The position numbers and the translations under genes were made by a program. Under the pieces are notes generated by a model. The model ran no database searches and was not told the origin of the DNA. It saw nothing but the letters and a program-made list of their open reading frames with translations. 58,249 nt of DNA from Alphaproteobacteria bacterium (GTDB taxonomy: Bacteria; Pseudomonadota; Alphaproteobacteria; RF32; CAG-239), in NCBI GenBank assembly GCA_017961285.1, contig JAGCXO010000032.1, positions 1-58,249 of the forward strand, given 5' to 3'. Positions 30,614-40,340 of this stretch are shown one piece after another (the stretch's first letter is position 1; each line of letters starts with the position of its first letter).

Positions 30614-32764
30614 TTATTTTTTTCCTTCTTTATTTTTTTGTAATACACCTTTTACCATATTTTTGGCGGCATTCCTTATTTCTTTGGCGTTGTCTTTTAT
30701 CATGTTTATACTGTTATCTACTGCGGCAGATGTTCCCTGATAGGTCTTTTGCGCGGCATTTTTAACGCCGGTTGGTTTGGGGAATTTATCTTGGTATATT
30801 GTTCCCTCCATTGCAGTATAGCATGGCTCCATATCTTTATCCAAAAGCATTTGCGCGCCGGCCAACGTTCCACCTGAAAGAGCTACGCCGGCAAGTGTTT
30901 TGATGGTGTTTTCCTGATTGATCGAAACCTTAGGGGATTGTAAAGTGCCGGTAATTTTTACCAAACTCGAAAGAGCTTGTGTTATGCTGACTTCGGCCAA
31001 GCCCTCACGATAGACATTAAGGCTCAAATTGACCTTGTCCTTCGGCAGGCTGATGGTGCCGCTGCTGACGATATCTATTTTGTTTGTATCAACAGCTATA
31101 CCTTTGGGAAAAGAAAGAATACCTTGCTGAACATCGGCTCTTATTGCGGCGCATTTCAACTCGGCAACTTTATCATCTGTTTTCTTTACGTTTATAACTT
31201 CTAAAAGCTGTGTAATAAAGTCGTTGGTTATAAACTTGACTTTACCGGTTTGAAATTTGGCTTTCTCAATAATGGCGAGAACTTGCCCGTCTAAACTGTC
31301 CGCCACCTGACGATAGGTTAGACCTGTTCCTTTTAAGTCAAAATAAGTCTGGGTGTTGGCACCGGATATAAAACCAAATGTATCGGCAGAGCTCGGTTTT
31401 AGCTGTTGGATCAAGTCAGTCAGCAAAATATTTTCGGTTTTTCCTTTTATGGTGATACTTTTTTGCTGAGAATTGACACTGGCGGTTATATCGGCTTTTC
31501 CGCCGGCAATATCAAATTTTAGATTGGAAATATTAAGAATTCCGTTGTTTAATGCTGAGGTTAGATTAACGTTATTTAGGGCTAAATCAGGATTGACAAT
31601 GAGTTTTTCTAATTGCAATTTTGCTGTGGCGTTAACTGCTTGCATCAAATCATAGGGAATTTTATCGTTGGGAACAAGCGCCGTTGCCTGTGCTGACTTG
31701 ATAAGTGTGAAATTGAGTGCGGTCGGTTTGTTGCGGTTGAATACCCCAAAATCAAAAATGCTACCGGTAATATTGGCATTGATAGTCGGCTTGACTTTGG
31801 ATATATCTGCTTTTACCTGACCTTTAAGAACATTATTTACAATATCAAGTTTGCTGATATTTAATAATACATCTTTGAGAGTTGCGTTCCCTGTGCCTAT
31901 CATCGTGGTTTCGGGGGCATTAAAATTGCCAGCCGGATTGTATATGTTATAATCAAAAGAAGCTTTGAGTTTTTCATTGAGCATGTCTTTGACTTTGGCT
32001 TTTATGACGGATTTTATCCCTAAGGTATTCATATCAACTTTTATGGGGAATTCTCCTTGTCCGGACAGGAATGCCGCTAATGAGCCCAACTCACCTCGGC
32101 CGCTGAAATTCATACCGTTAAAAATTATATCCCATTCGATGTTTATTGGGCTGTTGATCCCCATAGTGCTCAGTTTTATGCTGTTGATTTCAACTTGCAT
32201 AACTGAATTTTTTTGCTGGTTGTAATAATTCAAAAGGCCTTTTTCTATTATTATTTCTTTGGCTACAAAATCTTTCAATTTTCCAAGTGCCGAGGCTGAT
32301 TCTTCGGCATATGCATTTTTTATAATCCAACCGCTTGAAGCTGTCGGTTGTGGACTATTTGAAGATTTTAATTCAATATTCCAACTGTTTTTACCGTCTT
32401 TTGATGTTTCTAAGAAAATTTTCGGTTCGCTCAACAAAATTCGGTCAATAACAATTTGCTTTGAAAGCAACGGAATCAGAGAAAAACTGACTTTTACGCT
32501 GCCAACTTCCACCATTTGCGGATTTTTTGCCCATTCAGGGTTGGCATAGGAAACATCATTGATAACAATGGTAGGAATTAGTGATATACCGATATTTGCC
32601 TCGCCGGCAATGGTTAATTTTCGACCGGTTTGTTCATAGACAATGTTCTCTATGTGTGATTTATATTTATTTAAATCAAAATTTTTCAAGAAAAAGTAGC
32701 CGCCGATAGCAATAGCCACAATCAAAAAGAAAAGAATCGAAAATAACCATTTCAGAAACTTCAT
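30614..32764 (-). CDS. AsmA-family protein
   Basis: N-terminal TM; DLNKYKSHIE..QTGRKLTIAG; long beta-rich body. Confidence 0.88.
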   Translation of the reverse strand: MKFLKWLFSILFFLIVAIAIGGYFFLKNFDLNKYKSHIENIVYEQTGRKLTIAGEANIGISLIPTIVINDVSYANPEWAKNPQMVEVGSVKVSFSLIPLLSKQIVIDRILLSEPKIFLETSKDGKNSWNIELKSSNSPQPTASSGWIIKNAYAEESASALGKLKDFVAKEIIIEKGLLNYYNQQKNSVMQVEINSIKLSTMGINSPINIEWDIIFNGMNFSGRGELGSLAAFLSGQGEFPIKVDMNTLGIKSVIKAKVKDMLNEKLKASFDYNIYNPAGNFNAPETTMIGTGNATLKDVLLNISKLDIVNNVLKGQVKADISKVKPTINANITGSIFDFGVFNRNKPTALNFTLIKSAQATALVPNDKIPYDLMQAVNATAKLQLEKLIVNPDLALNNVNLTSALNNGILNISNLKFDIAGGKADITASVNSQQKSITIKGKTENILLTDLIQQLKPSSADTFGFISGANTQTYFDLKGTGLTYRQVADSLDGQVLAIIEKAKFQTGKVKFITNDFITQLLEVINVKKTDDKVAELKCAAIRADVQQGILSFPKGIAVDTNKIDIVSSGTISLPKDKVNLSLNVYREGLAEVSITQALSSLVKITGTLQSPKVSINQENTIKTLAGVALSGGTLAGAQMLLDKDMEPCYTAMEGTIYQDKFPKPTGVKNAAQKTYQGTSAAVDNSINMIKDNAKEIRNAAKNMVKGVLQKNKEGKK

Positions 32765-32767
32765 TTT

Positions 32768-33691
32768 TTACTCCTTAAAAATGATGCCGACCGCTTTAAG
32801 GCTGTCTTTGAAATATGACGGCAGCGGGGCTGTGATAATTTTTTGCTTTTTATATATTACCGATAAATCTATTTTGTATGCATGAAGATGCAATTTATCT
32901 ACAAATAAATTATTTTTTCCTGATAAATTATATTTATCATCACCCACAATCGGGCAATTTATGGAAAGTGCGTGAACACGAAGCTGATGAGTGCGTCCTG
33001 ACAGCGGTTTCAGTTCCAATAGAGAATATTTGTTGCCGACATTATCAAGAACTTTATATATGCTTTTGGCTTCTTGTCCTTGCTCATTGATTTGCATTTT
33101 TTCACCGACTTTTAGCAATGATGCATTTATTTCGCCGCTATTTTTCGAGGGGCACCCGTTGACAAGAGCAAGATAAGTTTTGGGAAGTTTATGTTCACGA
33201 AAGGCTAATGTCAGTTTTTCTGCCATTTGCCGGTTGCGTGCCAGAAGAAGGATGCCGCTGGTATCTTTGTCTATACGGTGAACAAGGCGCGGACGCTCAT
33301 CTTTTTCAAACATCAGTGCATCTAAAAGTCCGTCGATATGTTTTTTTTGGTTGGTGCCGCCTTGAACGGCCAATCCTGACGGTTTGTTTATGGCAATAAT
33401 GTTGTCGTCTTTATAAATGACCAATGATTGAATCATTTTTTTATCTTTTTCGGAAATAAAATGTTCTTCCAAAGGTGCTTTTTGTTCATCCAACGGAGGA
33501 AGTCTTATTTCTTGTCCGGCCAAAAGTCGGGTTGATGTTTCGGCTCTCTTACCGTCAACCTTGATTTGCTTGGTTCTGAGAAGTTTTTGCAAGCGCGATA
33601 AACTCAATGAGGGGTATTCACGCAAAAACCAGCGATTGAGTCTGATACCGTCATCATTTTCGGCTACTTTTACGGTTGTAACTCCGGCCAT
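32768..33691 (-). CDS. RluA/RluC-family 23S rRNA pseudouridine synthase
   Basis: S4 domain; NKPSGLAVQGG, HRIDKDTSG, GRTHQLRVH. Confidence 0.95.
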   Translation of the reverse strand: MAGVTTVKVAENDDGIRLNRWFLREYPSLSLSRLQKLLRTKQIKVDGKRAETSTRLLAGQEIRLPPLDEQKAPLEEHFISEKDKKMIQSLVIYKDDNIIAINKPSGLAVQGGTNQKKHIDGLLDALMFEKDERPRLVHRIDKDTSGILLLARNRQMAEKLTLAFREHKLPKTYLALVNGCPSKNSGEINASLLKVGEKMQINEQGQEAKSIYKVLDNVGNKYSLLELKPLSGRTHQLRVHALSINCPIVGDDKYNLSGKNNLFVDKLHLHAYKIDLSVIYKKQKIITAPLPSYFKDSLKAVGIIFKE

Positions 33692-34131
33692 TATCTCCCG
33701 CCTTTCTTCGTGGAATTAGGTCTGCCGATTGTGCGCGGAATGTTATATTTTTTTCTCGGATTACTATATTTTTGGTATTCTGGTTCCGGCGAAATCACCT
33801 CAATTGCGCTTGCTTTCCCCATTAATTCTTCGTAGTTTTCTTTTATTATTTCCTCAAAACGTTTATTTTCTTCATCTTCCCGTTTTAGTTCTTCAAGTAT
33901 TAAATTTTTCATTTCTGCAATATCTGCCTCACCTTCTATGGGAGAAGATACAATAACGCATGCTCCACCTTGAGCTATATGCTGGCGCATTTTTTGGTCA
34001 TGAATAGAACCGACCGGCGTAACAACAATTTCAACTTTTTCTTCTTTTTGAAGTTGCTTTATAAATTCCTCTTTCATCTTTTTAAGAGTTTCTTCGGAGA
34101 TAATTATTTTTTTAATTTTTGCTTTACTCAT
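33691..34131 (-). CDS. Hypothetical Lys/Glu-rich protein
   Basis: Overlaps both neighbours (rarA stop, rluA start); no family recognised. Confidence 0.6.
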   Translation of the reverse strand: MSKAKIKKIIISEETLKKMKEEFIKQLQKEEKVEIVVTPVGSIHDQKMRQHIAQGGACVIVSSPIEGEADIAEMKNLILEELKREDEENKRFEEIIKENYEELMGKASAIEVISPEPEYQKYSNPRKKYNIPRTIGRPNSTKKGGR

Positions 34132-35432
34132 TTTTTGGAAGCCTTTTGCTTTCTCAAATTATCAAAATATTCAATGCGTTTTTTTATTTCACGCTCAAAA
34201 CCGCGCTCGACAGGATTGTATAATTTTACCCTTTTCATACCTTCGGGAAAATAATCTTGTCCGGAAAAGCCGTCTTCCAAATCTTGGTCATAGATATATC
34301 CGTCACTGTAACCTAATTTCTTCATCAGCTTGGTCGGGGCATTCAAAATATGTTTCGGGGGCATCAGAGAACCGGTTTTTTGCGCCAGTTCAAAAGCTTT
34401 GTGCATGGCTTTATATACTCCGGCTGATTTTGGAGCAGTAGCTAAATATGCAACCAGTTGCATAACTGCCAAATCTCCCTCCGGAGAGCCAAGTCTTTCA
34501 TAAGTTTCCCAGCAAGCTATGGCTTGATTTACCGCATTGGGGTCAGCGAGAGATACATCTTCAATAGAAAAACGTGTCAGACGGCGCAAAAGATATTTTG
34601 CATCTTCACCCGAATTAAGCATTCGGGCAGTCCAATACAGCGCCGCATCTACATCAGAACCGCGCAAAGATTTATGAACGGCGGAAATAAGGTTATAGTG
34701 TCCGTCACGACCTTTGTCATATACGGGAGCACGCGAGCGGATTATGTTTATGATATTATCTTTGTTAAATATTTCGCCTTCTTGAGCAAAATTAAACACA
34801 CTTTCTGCCATATTGAGAATATATCTGCCGTCGCCGTCAGCGGTGGCTTTCATAAACTCACGAGCTTCATCATCCACCGGAAGTTTGCGCCCGACTTCTT
34901 TTTCGGCACGTTGGAGCAGAACTTCAAAATCATCGGCAGTCAGCCGGTTCAAAACGAAAACTTGGCAGCGTGAAAGCAAAGCGGCATTGAGTTCAAAAGA
35001 AGGATTTTCGGTAGTTGCGCCAACAAGAATTATGGTGCCGTCTTCAACATAGGGTAAAAATCCGTCTTGCTGAGATTTATTGAAGCGATGAATTTCATCA
35101 ACAAACAGCAATGTTCCTTTGCCTTGTGAAGCGCGACGATCAATGGCATATTGAAAAACTCTTTTCAAGTCGGCAACACCGGAAAAAACCGCTGAAATTT
35201 GCTCAAAATAAAGATTGGTATGCTCAGCAATAAGTCTGGCTATGGTCGTTTTGCCGCAGCCCGGTGGTCCCCACAAGATGAATGAGCTGATTTTTCCGGA
35301 TTTTACCATTCTTCCCAAAGGAGAATCGTTGCCAACAACATGGTCCTGCCCAACAACCTCTGAAAGATTTTGCGGACGCAGACGATCGGCTAATGGTCTT
35401 TTTACCTGGTGAGAAAAAAGTGTGTTTTCCAT
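34128..35432 (-). CDS. rarA: Replication-associated recombination protein A
   Basis: PLADRLRP, GPPGCGKTT, FVDEIHRFNKSQQD, HKSLRGSD; start placed at ATG 35432 (AGGA SD). Confidence 0.95.
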   Translation of the reverse strand: MENTLFSHQVKRPLADRLRPQNLSEVVGQDHVVGNDSPLGRMVKSGKISSFILWGPPGCGKTTIARLIAEHTNLYFEQISAVFSGVADLKRVFQYAIDRRASQGKGTLLFVDEIHRFNKSQQDGFLPYVEDGTIILVGATTENPSFELNAALLSRCQVFVLNRLTADDFEVLLQRAEKEVGRKLPVDDEAREFMKATADGDGRYILNMAESVFNFAQEGEIFNKDNIINIIRSRAPVYDKGRDGHYNLISAVHKSLRGSDVDAALYWTARMLNSGEDAKYLLRRLTRFSIEDVSLADPNAVNQAIACWETYERLGSPEGDLAVMQLVAYLATAPKSAGVYKAMHKAFELAQKTGSLMPPKHILNAPTKLMKKLGYSDGYIYDQDLEDGFSGQDYFPEGMKRVKLYNPVERGFEREIKKRIEYFDNLRKQKASKK

Positions 35433-35439
35433 ATTTATC

Positions 35440-36525
35440 CTATCGCTCATTTCCATTTTGTTTTGTGGGTATGTTTATTTGTTTTTCGCGACGGCGATTG
35501 GCTAACTCTCTACGCTTGCGCTCCTCTATTACCTTGCGCAATTCTTCTTTGTTGGCACGATTTTGCTCGCGAATATATTCCATTGTTTCCTTATCTTTTA
35601 CGGGGGCTCCGTTTGACTTGTGGATTTTGGAATATATTTTTTTACTGAATTTTACCAGTTGTTCGGCATCCATTCCTTTGAACCCGCCGACATTCCATAC
35701 TCCGAATTCTTTATTGTTCCCTAAAAACAGTTCGGTTAAATCTATTCCCGCACTTTTTGATTTCTTTTTATTTTTTTTCGGGGCTAAAATTTTTTTTAGT
35801 TCAATTGCTGTTGGCGGGTGGCCGAGGGCTTGGGCAATTTGTTCGGGAGTTATAATACACGAACTTAGATCAAGTTCCATAATGTTTATGCCGGTAAAGT
35901 CAACACCGGTAAAGTCTACTCCTCGCAATGATACTCGGCGCAAATCAATCTTTTTTAAGTCCAGTAAAGTAAGGTTTATTTTGGTTAAATCGAGCTTTTC
36001 CGGATGATATTTGGCTACATATTCTATCAGTTGCTGTAATTCTTCCATGGTTATATCGTCAATTTCTACATCAAGAAGAATTGCATCTTGGAATTTTGCC
36101 TCGGTAAAAATGACATTGTTCAATGTAGCGCCGGTAAAATTGGTTCCAATCAGTTGTGCTCCGGAAAAAGTAGCGCCGGACAGATTGGCTTTGGAAAGAT
36201 TGGTATTTGTCAGATTGGCGCCGGAAAAATCTGCTCCGCGCAAATCTGAACCGGAAAAATTTACTCCGCTCAAATTGGCATAGGAAAAATCGGCATCTTG
36301 AAGATTTTCATTATCAAACTCGCCATTTTCAAGATTTTTGCCGTTAAATTCAATATTAAGCAGGGGGAGGTCTTCGGAAAGCTGAAAGTTGGAAACTGCG
36401 TGCCAACTTTCATCTTCAATATTTGTCTGGTTTGTTGCAGGCAAAGCATTATCAGCAGCCATTTGAGCAAGAGTTTTATCTCTGATGGCTTGAAGTTTGG
36501 CTATTTTATTTTGTTTTTTTGACAT
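35440..36525 (-). CDS. Pentapeptide-repeat protein
   Basis: ADFSY ANLSG VNFSG SDLRG ADFSG ANLTN TNLSK ANLSG run, plus a second repeat block. Confidence 0.88.
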   Translation of the reverse strand: MSKKQNKIAKLQAIRDKTLAQMAADNALPATNQTNIEDESWHAVSNFQLSEDLPLLNIEFNGKNLENGEFDNENLQDADFSYANLSGVNFSGSDLRGADFSGANLTNTNLSKANLSGATFSGAQLIGTNFTGATLNNVIFTEAKFQDAILLDVEIDDITMEELQQLIEYVAKYHPEKLDLTKINLTLLDLKKIDLRRVSLRGVDFTGVDFTGINIMELDLSSCIITPEQIAQALGHPPTAIELKKILAPKKNKKKSKSAGIDLTELFLGNNKEFGVWNVGGFKGMDAEQLVKFSKKIYSKIHKSNGAPVKDKETMEYIREQNRANKEELRKVIEERKRRELANRRREKQINIPTKQNGNER

Positions 36526-36584
36526 AAGCTGCTTTCCTTTACTGTATGTTATATTATTTTATTTTTTTGTATTTTACAAACATT

Positions 36585-37151
36585 TTATGAAAAATCGCCG
36601 ATATTTTCGGCAAAAACAATATCTTTGGCAACATCATAGGGAAAACCAGCGCGGACTATGGTTGCCAAATCCTTTTGGCGATTTTGCTTGCGGCTTTCTT
36701 CATCAGGTCGGAAAGGGCCAATCTTTTTCTTGGCGGCAAAATTCAGTGCCATTTCGCTTTCGTCAATATTACGGTTTTGCAAAATTTTGCCAACCACATC
36801 TTCGCTTATGCCCTTTTGCTGCATTTTCTGCTGTATATAGCGGGTTGGCTTGCCGGCGAGAAGATAGTTGTTTATTTTGATTTCGGCATATCTATCGTCG
36901 TTTATATAGCCGTATCTTTCACAATAGGATATAATTTCATCTATCCAAGTTTTGGCTTCGTTTATGTTAAAATCAGGCACTTCAAAGGAATATTTTGCAA
37001 GGCGTTGTTCCAGAACTTTGCGAAGATTGAGTGCAGAAGAATCGAATCGTTCGAGATAATACAAAGCTATATTTTGCAAACGAGTTTTGGTCATTTTGCG
37101 TAATTTTTTTTTGTTATTTGAAAAATCAGAGCAATATTCCGACATATCCAA
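36585..37151 (-). CDS. recX: Regulatory protein RecX
   Basis: ALYYLERFDSS..GYINDDRYAE..LQQKG-like..RAGFPYD. Confidence 0.85.
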   Translation of the reverse strand: MDMSEYCSDFSNNKKKLRKMTKTRLQNIALYYLERFDSSALNLRKVLEQRLAKYSFEVPDFNINEAKTWIDEIISYCERYGYINDDRYAEIKINNYLLAGKPTRYIQQKMQQKGISEDVVGKILQNRNIDESEMALNFAAKKKIGPFRPDEESRKQNRQKDLATIVRAGFPYDVAKDIVFAENIGDFS

Positions 37152-37237
37152 ACCTTTTGAGGACCGACATCATTAACCACATATTAAACAATAAATATTA
37201 TTTTATCAATAATAATAACAGCTATGGATTGAAGAAA

Positions 37238-37843
37238 ATGAAAAAACTTTTTGCTTTATCGCTTATGTTATTTATCATATCGGCGTGCTCTTCTGCTGAT
37301 GAGGTTCCGGCTCCCCAAAAATTTAGAGAACAACGTTTTGATGCTCAGCAAGTAATTGATCTTAAGGTTAATAAAATTGACGTTGTTTCTGAGTTTATGC
37401 CTTCGTTTACCAGACCTAATGTTGAGCACTTATTCCCTATTTCGATTGAAAAAACCGCAATGAACTGGGGAAATGACAGATTGCGAGCTGTTGATTTTTC
37501 TTCTGCAAAAAAAGCAACATTTATAATTAAGGATGCAAGTGTTACCGAAGAAATTGTCAAGTCTGAAAAGTTTTTTGAAAAAGACAGTCTGAAATATCGC
37601 GCAAGGCTTGCTGTGGTTCTAAAAGTCAGCGATACAGAAAAGTTTGCAAATGCAGAAACATCGCTTGAAGCTTGGCGTGAGCTGACTATTCCTGCTGATA
37701 CGCCTATTGATCAGAAAGAGATTTATTGGAAAAATATGGTTGATAAGCTGTTTCACGAATTTGATGCACGCATGCAGACAAACATACATAAATACTTAAA
37801 CATGTATGTTGATAATTCTCAATATATTACTGATTATGATTAG
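37238..37843 (+). CDS. Lipoprotein, hypothetical
   Basis: MKKLFALSLMLFIISAC lipobox at 37238; the longer ORF start at 37031 overlaps recX. Confidence 0.75.
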   Translation: MKKLFALSLMLFIISACSSADEVPAPQKFREQRFDAQQVIDLKVNKIDVVSEFMPSFTRPNVEHLFPISIEKTAMNWGNDRLRAVDFSSAKKATFIIKDASVTEEIVKSEKFFEKDSLKYRARLAVVLKVSDTEKFANAETSLEAWRELTIPADTPIDQKEIYWKNMVDKLFHEFDARMQTNIHKYLNMYVDNSQYITDYD

Positions 37844-38256
37844 TTATATCTTCTTTTTGAATTTTGACCGGCATTAAACTGTAACATCGGCAGTTTGATT
37901 TTTTGTGCCAATTTTTGACCGGCTCGTAAAACTTGGCAACTTCCATAAAAAACTGCGCTATCAGAGCTGAGAGGAGCTTCTGAGCAAAATTCGTAATATT
38001 CTCCAGGTTCCAAAACAGGTATTTCGCCCTGAAAACCGGGGGTGCTATCAGAAAAGTTATTGCCGAGGGAATCGGTTATGTTCCAATCTTTACCAATGAG
38101 GGTAATTTGTTCATTTGAGGTATTTTCAATGCAAAAATAGTATCCCCACAAAAACTCTTGTCCGGAGGCGCGGCGGCGGGTATCAACCAGCTCTGAGGCG
38201 GCAGTAATAACCAGACCATTTGACTTTAAGGTAACCATTTCTTGAGTATTTTGCAT
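37840..38256 (-). CDS. apaG: ApaG domain protein
   Basis: YYFCIENTS..WNITD..GEIPVLEPGEYYEF. Confidence 0.85.
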   Translation of the reverse strand: MQNTQEMVTLKSNGLVITAASELVDTRRRASGQEFLWGYYFCIENTSNEQITLIGKDWNITDSLGNNFSDSTPGFQGEIPVLEPGEYYEFCSEAPLSSDSAVFYGSCQVLRAGQKLAQKIKLPMLQFNAGQNSKRRYN

Positions 38257-38412
38257 TGTTTAACCTTTTATTAACTATTTATGGAGTCATAGTTAAATGT
38301 ATTTTGTAAAATTGCAAATACGGAATCATTTTGTTCACAAATTTGTGTATATAAATTGGGTAATTGGCTGTTTTTTTAGTGTATTGTGGATATTTTTCGG
38401 AGGGAATCGGAT

Positions 38413-38670
38413 ATGAAGAAGATTGAATTGGCGGTATTACTTGCTTTTGTGATGTTTGCAAAATCGGCAAGTGCAAATTGTTATATGATAAATGACAGTG
38501 ATGCCAAAAATCTTTGTTTGGCGCGTGAAAATAACAGTGCAACATATTGCTATATGATTAATGACGAGGATAATAAAAACTTTTGTTTGGCAACCGTCAA
38601 TCACAGCCAAACATATTGTTATATGATTAACGATAACGATAAAAAGAACTTCTGTCTGTCGTCGTTCTAG
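38413..38670 (+). CDS. Small secreted protein with three CYMINDxDxKNxCL repeats
   Basis: Signal peptide, then 23-aa tandem repeats with 6 Cys. Confidence 0.75.
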   Translation: MKKIELAVLLAFVMFAKSASANCYMINDSDAKNLCLARENNSATYCYMINDEDNKNFCLATVNHSQTYCYMINDNDKKNFCLSSF

Positions 38671-38745
38671 TGTTTTTTGTTGACTTTAGCATATTTTTGT
38701 GCCAGAAATATGGACAGAAAAATTATCTTTATAAAATTATTGTAT

Positions 38746-39168
38746 ATGGAAAAAAATAAAAACAAGTTTATTGTCACAGCAAAAGTAAAGAGGCTTCTTG
38801 TGACAGATGGTTTTGTTAGCTGCATTTTATTGGTTAAGAAAATTCAGCATCTGCAAAAAATTATGGTTAAGAGCCGTTTCGGTGATGGTTTGAGAAAAGA
38901 GAAAACAATTTCGAAAAGATACCTCTTTCCTCAAAAGATTGAATATCGCGTGTACAAAAACAAAAAGAATGTACACAAGATATCATCTTATTATCAATTG
39001 ACTCATTTGCAAGTTGGAAAGACCTATGAGCTCAAGTTCGAGTTTGTTGGTTTTGATGGGGATGAAGAGATCCTCCTCCTACATGATGTGAAAGACTTGC
39101 CTTTGAGATTGGAGAATGTGCTTGACCTCATCCGCAACCGTGCGGACATTATGCAGAGATATTGCTGA
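38746..39168 (+). CDS. Hypothetical protein
   Basis: Open frame; start uncertain (38677 or 38746); no family recognised. Confidence 0.45.
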   Translation: MEKNKNKFIVTAKVKRLLVTDGFVSCILLVKKIQHLQKIMVKSRFGDGLRKEKTISKRYLFPQKIEYRVYKNKKNVHKISSYYQLTHLQVGKTYELKFEFVGFDGDEEILLLHDVKDLPLRLENVLDLIRNRADIMQRYC

Positions 39169-39216
39169 TCTGTTTTTAGAATTCACTTATACGTCGTATG
39201 AAAATGCGACGTTTTT

Positions 39217-39483
39217 TTATTCGGCTTTATCGATTTTGGAAAGAGCTTGTTCAATACCGATTGCCAATTGGTCGGCGCAAGATGTTCCTTTGCCTCGGCA
39301 ATCGTTACCTTTTAGAAGGGCGGCAACTTTGGCAGCGTCGGCACCTTGGAGAAGTTTGCTTACAGCGGCAGTATATCCGGGGCAACCGCCGGAAAATTTG
39401 ACGTCATACAACTTGCCGTTTTCTAAAGCGAATGAAATTTCACGCGCGCAGACACCGCTGGTCTGGAAAGTATAATTTTTCAT
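39217..39483 (-). CDS. TIGR03905-family (TSCPD-domain) protein
   Basis: YTFQTSGVCAREI..GGCPG..CRGKGTSCADQLA; start placed at ATG 39483. Confidence 0.88.
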   Translation of the reverse strand: MKNYTFQTSGVCAREISFALENGKLYDVKFSGGCPGYTAAVSKLLQGADAAKVAALLKGNDCRGKGTSCADQLAIGIEQALSKIDKAE

Positions 39484-39560
39484 GAAAAACCTCCATAAAT
39501 GCTCGGTAATGCAGAATAGATATATGCATTGTCGGCAAAAGTCAAGGGATGAAGAATAAG

Positions 39561-39600
39561 AACAAAAAACTCCGGCGAGAATGTCGGAGTTTTTTGATTT
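39561..39600. repeat. Copy A of a 40-bp terminator direct repeat
   Basis: aacAAAAAACTCCGGCgAGAATGTCGGAGTTTTTTgattt; matches 40452-40492 with one substitution and one indel. Confidence 0.92.
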
Positions 39601-39616
39601 TAATACCCTGTTAAGG

Positions 39617-40000
39617 TTACTTTTCACAAATTGGAGTCACAAAGTAGTTTGTTTGTGCTGCTTCTCTGATTGCTCCTGTGCCTAACCAATCTACCACTCC
39701 TACAGTAACTACACAAAAATCTATAAGGCAACCCAAAAACGTTGTTGCATCTATTTTTGTTTCTACATGTCTTACTGAATCTCGGCATCCTTTTTTTGAG
39801 GCTCTTATTGTGACATTATCTGCCAATTTTTTCTTGGATATTGTTGCTACTCCTGCTCCCGTTCCGGCATATTCTTCCCCAATATAAATCTTTGCATCTC
39901 TGTCTTCTGATTGGACAATAATTGTCTCTTTTGTACCTGAGAACATTGAAGCACACCCTGAAAGCATCAATATTGCAGTTACAATGTATATTTTTTTCAT
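39617..40000 (-). CDS. Small lipoprotein (PEGA-like)
   Basis: MKKIYIVTAILMLSGC lipobox; AGGAG SD. Confidence 0.8.
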   Translation of the reverse strand: MKKIYIVTAILMLSGCASMFSGTKETIIVQSEDRDAKIYIGEEYAGTGAGVATISKKKLADNVTIRASKKGCRDSVRHVETKIDATTFLGCLIDFCVVTVGVVDWLGTGAIREAAQTNYFVTPICEK

Positions 40001-40120
40001 AATTAGGCTCCTTGAGTTGATATATTTAATATTTGCAAGACAGGAAAATGAAGTAAAATTTTATTTTTTTGTTGAACTAAAAATAGTATTAGTCATAATC
40101 CGATACCCTGTCTTTAGTTA

Positions 40121-40335
40121 AAGAAAAACCCACTTTCAAAGAAAGCGGGCGGATGTTCGAAAACCGTAAATCTAATAAGTAAAAAACGGCTCGGCTTATT
40201 CAGCTCATGGCCTTATTCAGCCGACATCCGTCCAAGACAGAAGTCGGCATATTTTTTAAAGTCGCTTATGCATATAGCGACTACTTATTAGATTTAAAGG
40301 GTTTCGATGCCCTAGATATGGTCTCCCATACCTAC
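40121..40335 (-). ncRNA. Candidate structured ncRNA/attenuator, element 1
   Basis: GAGA-loop hairpin; 15-bp perfect closing stem (40167-40181/40282-40296) extended by TCGAAA/TTTTCGA; internal hairpins; terminator at 40124-40149; no ORF. Confidence 0.6.
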
Positions 40336-40340
40336 TAATC

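Noticed and set aside
37173-39614. TTAA-N7-TTAA (CtrA-like) boxes at 37173, 38260 and 39600
   Set aside because: A rough estimate for an AT-rich 58-kb window gives several chance matches, and none lies at a cell-cycle gene.
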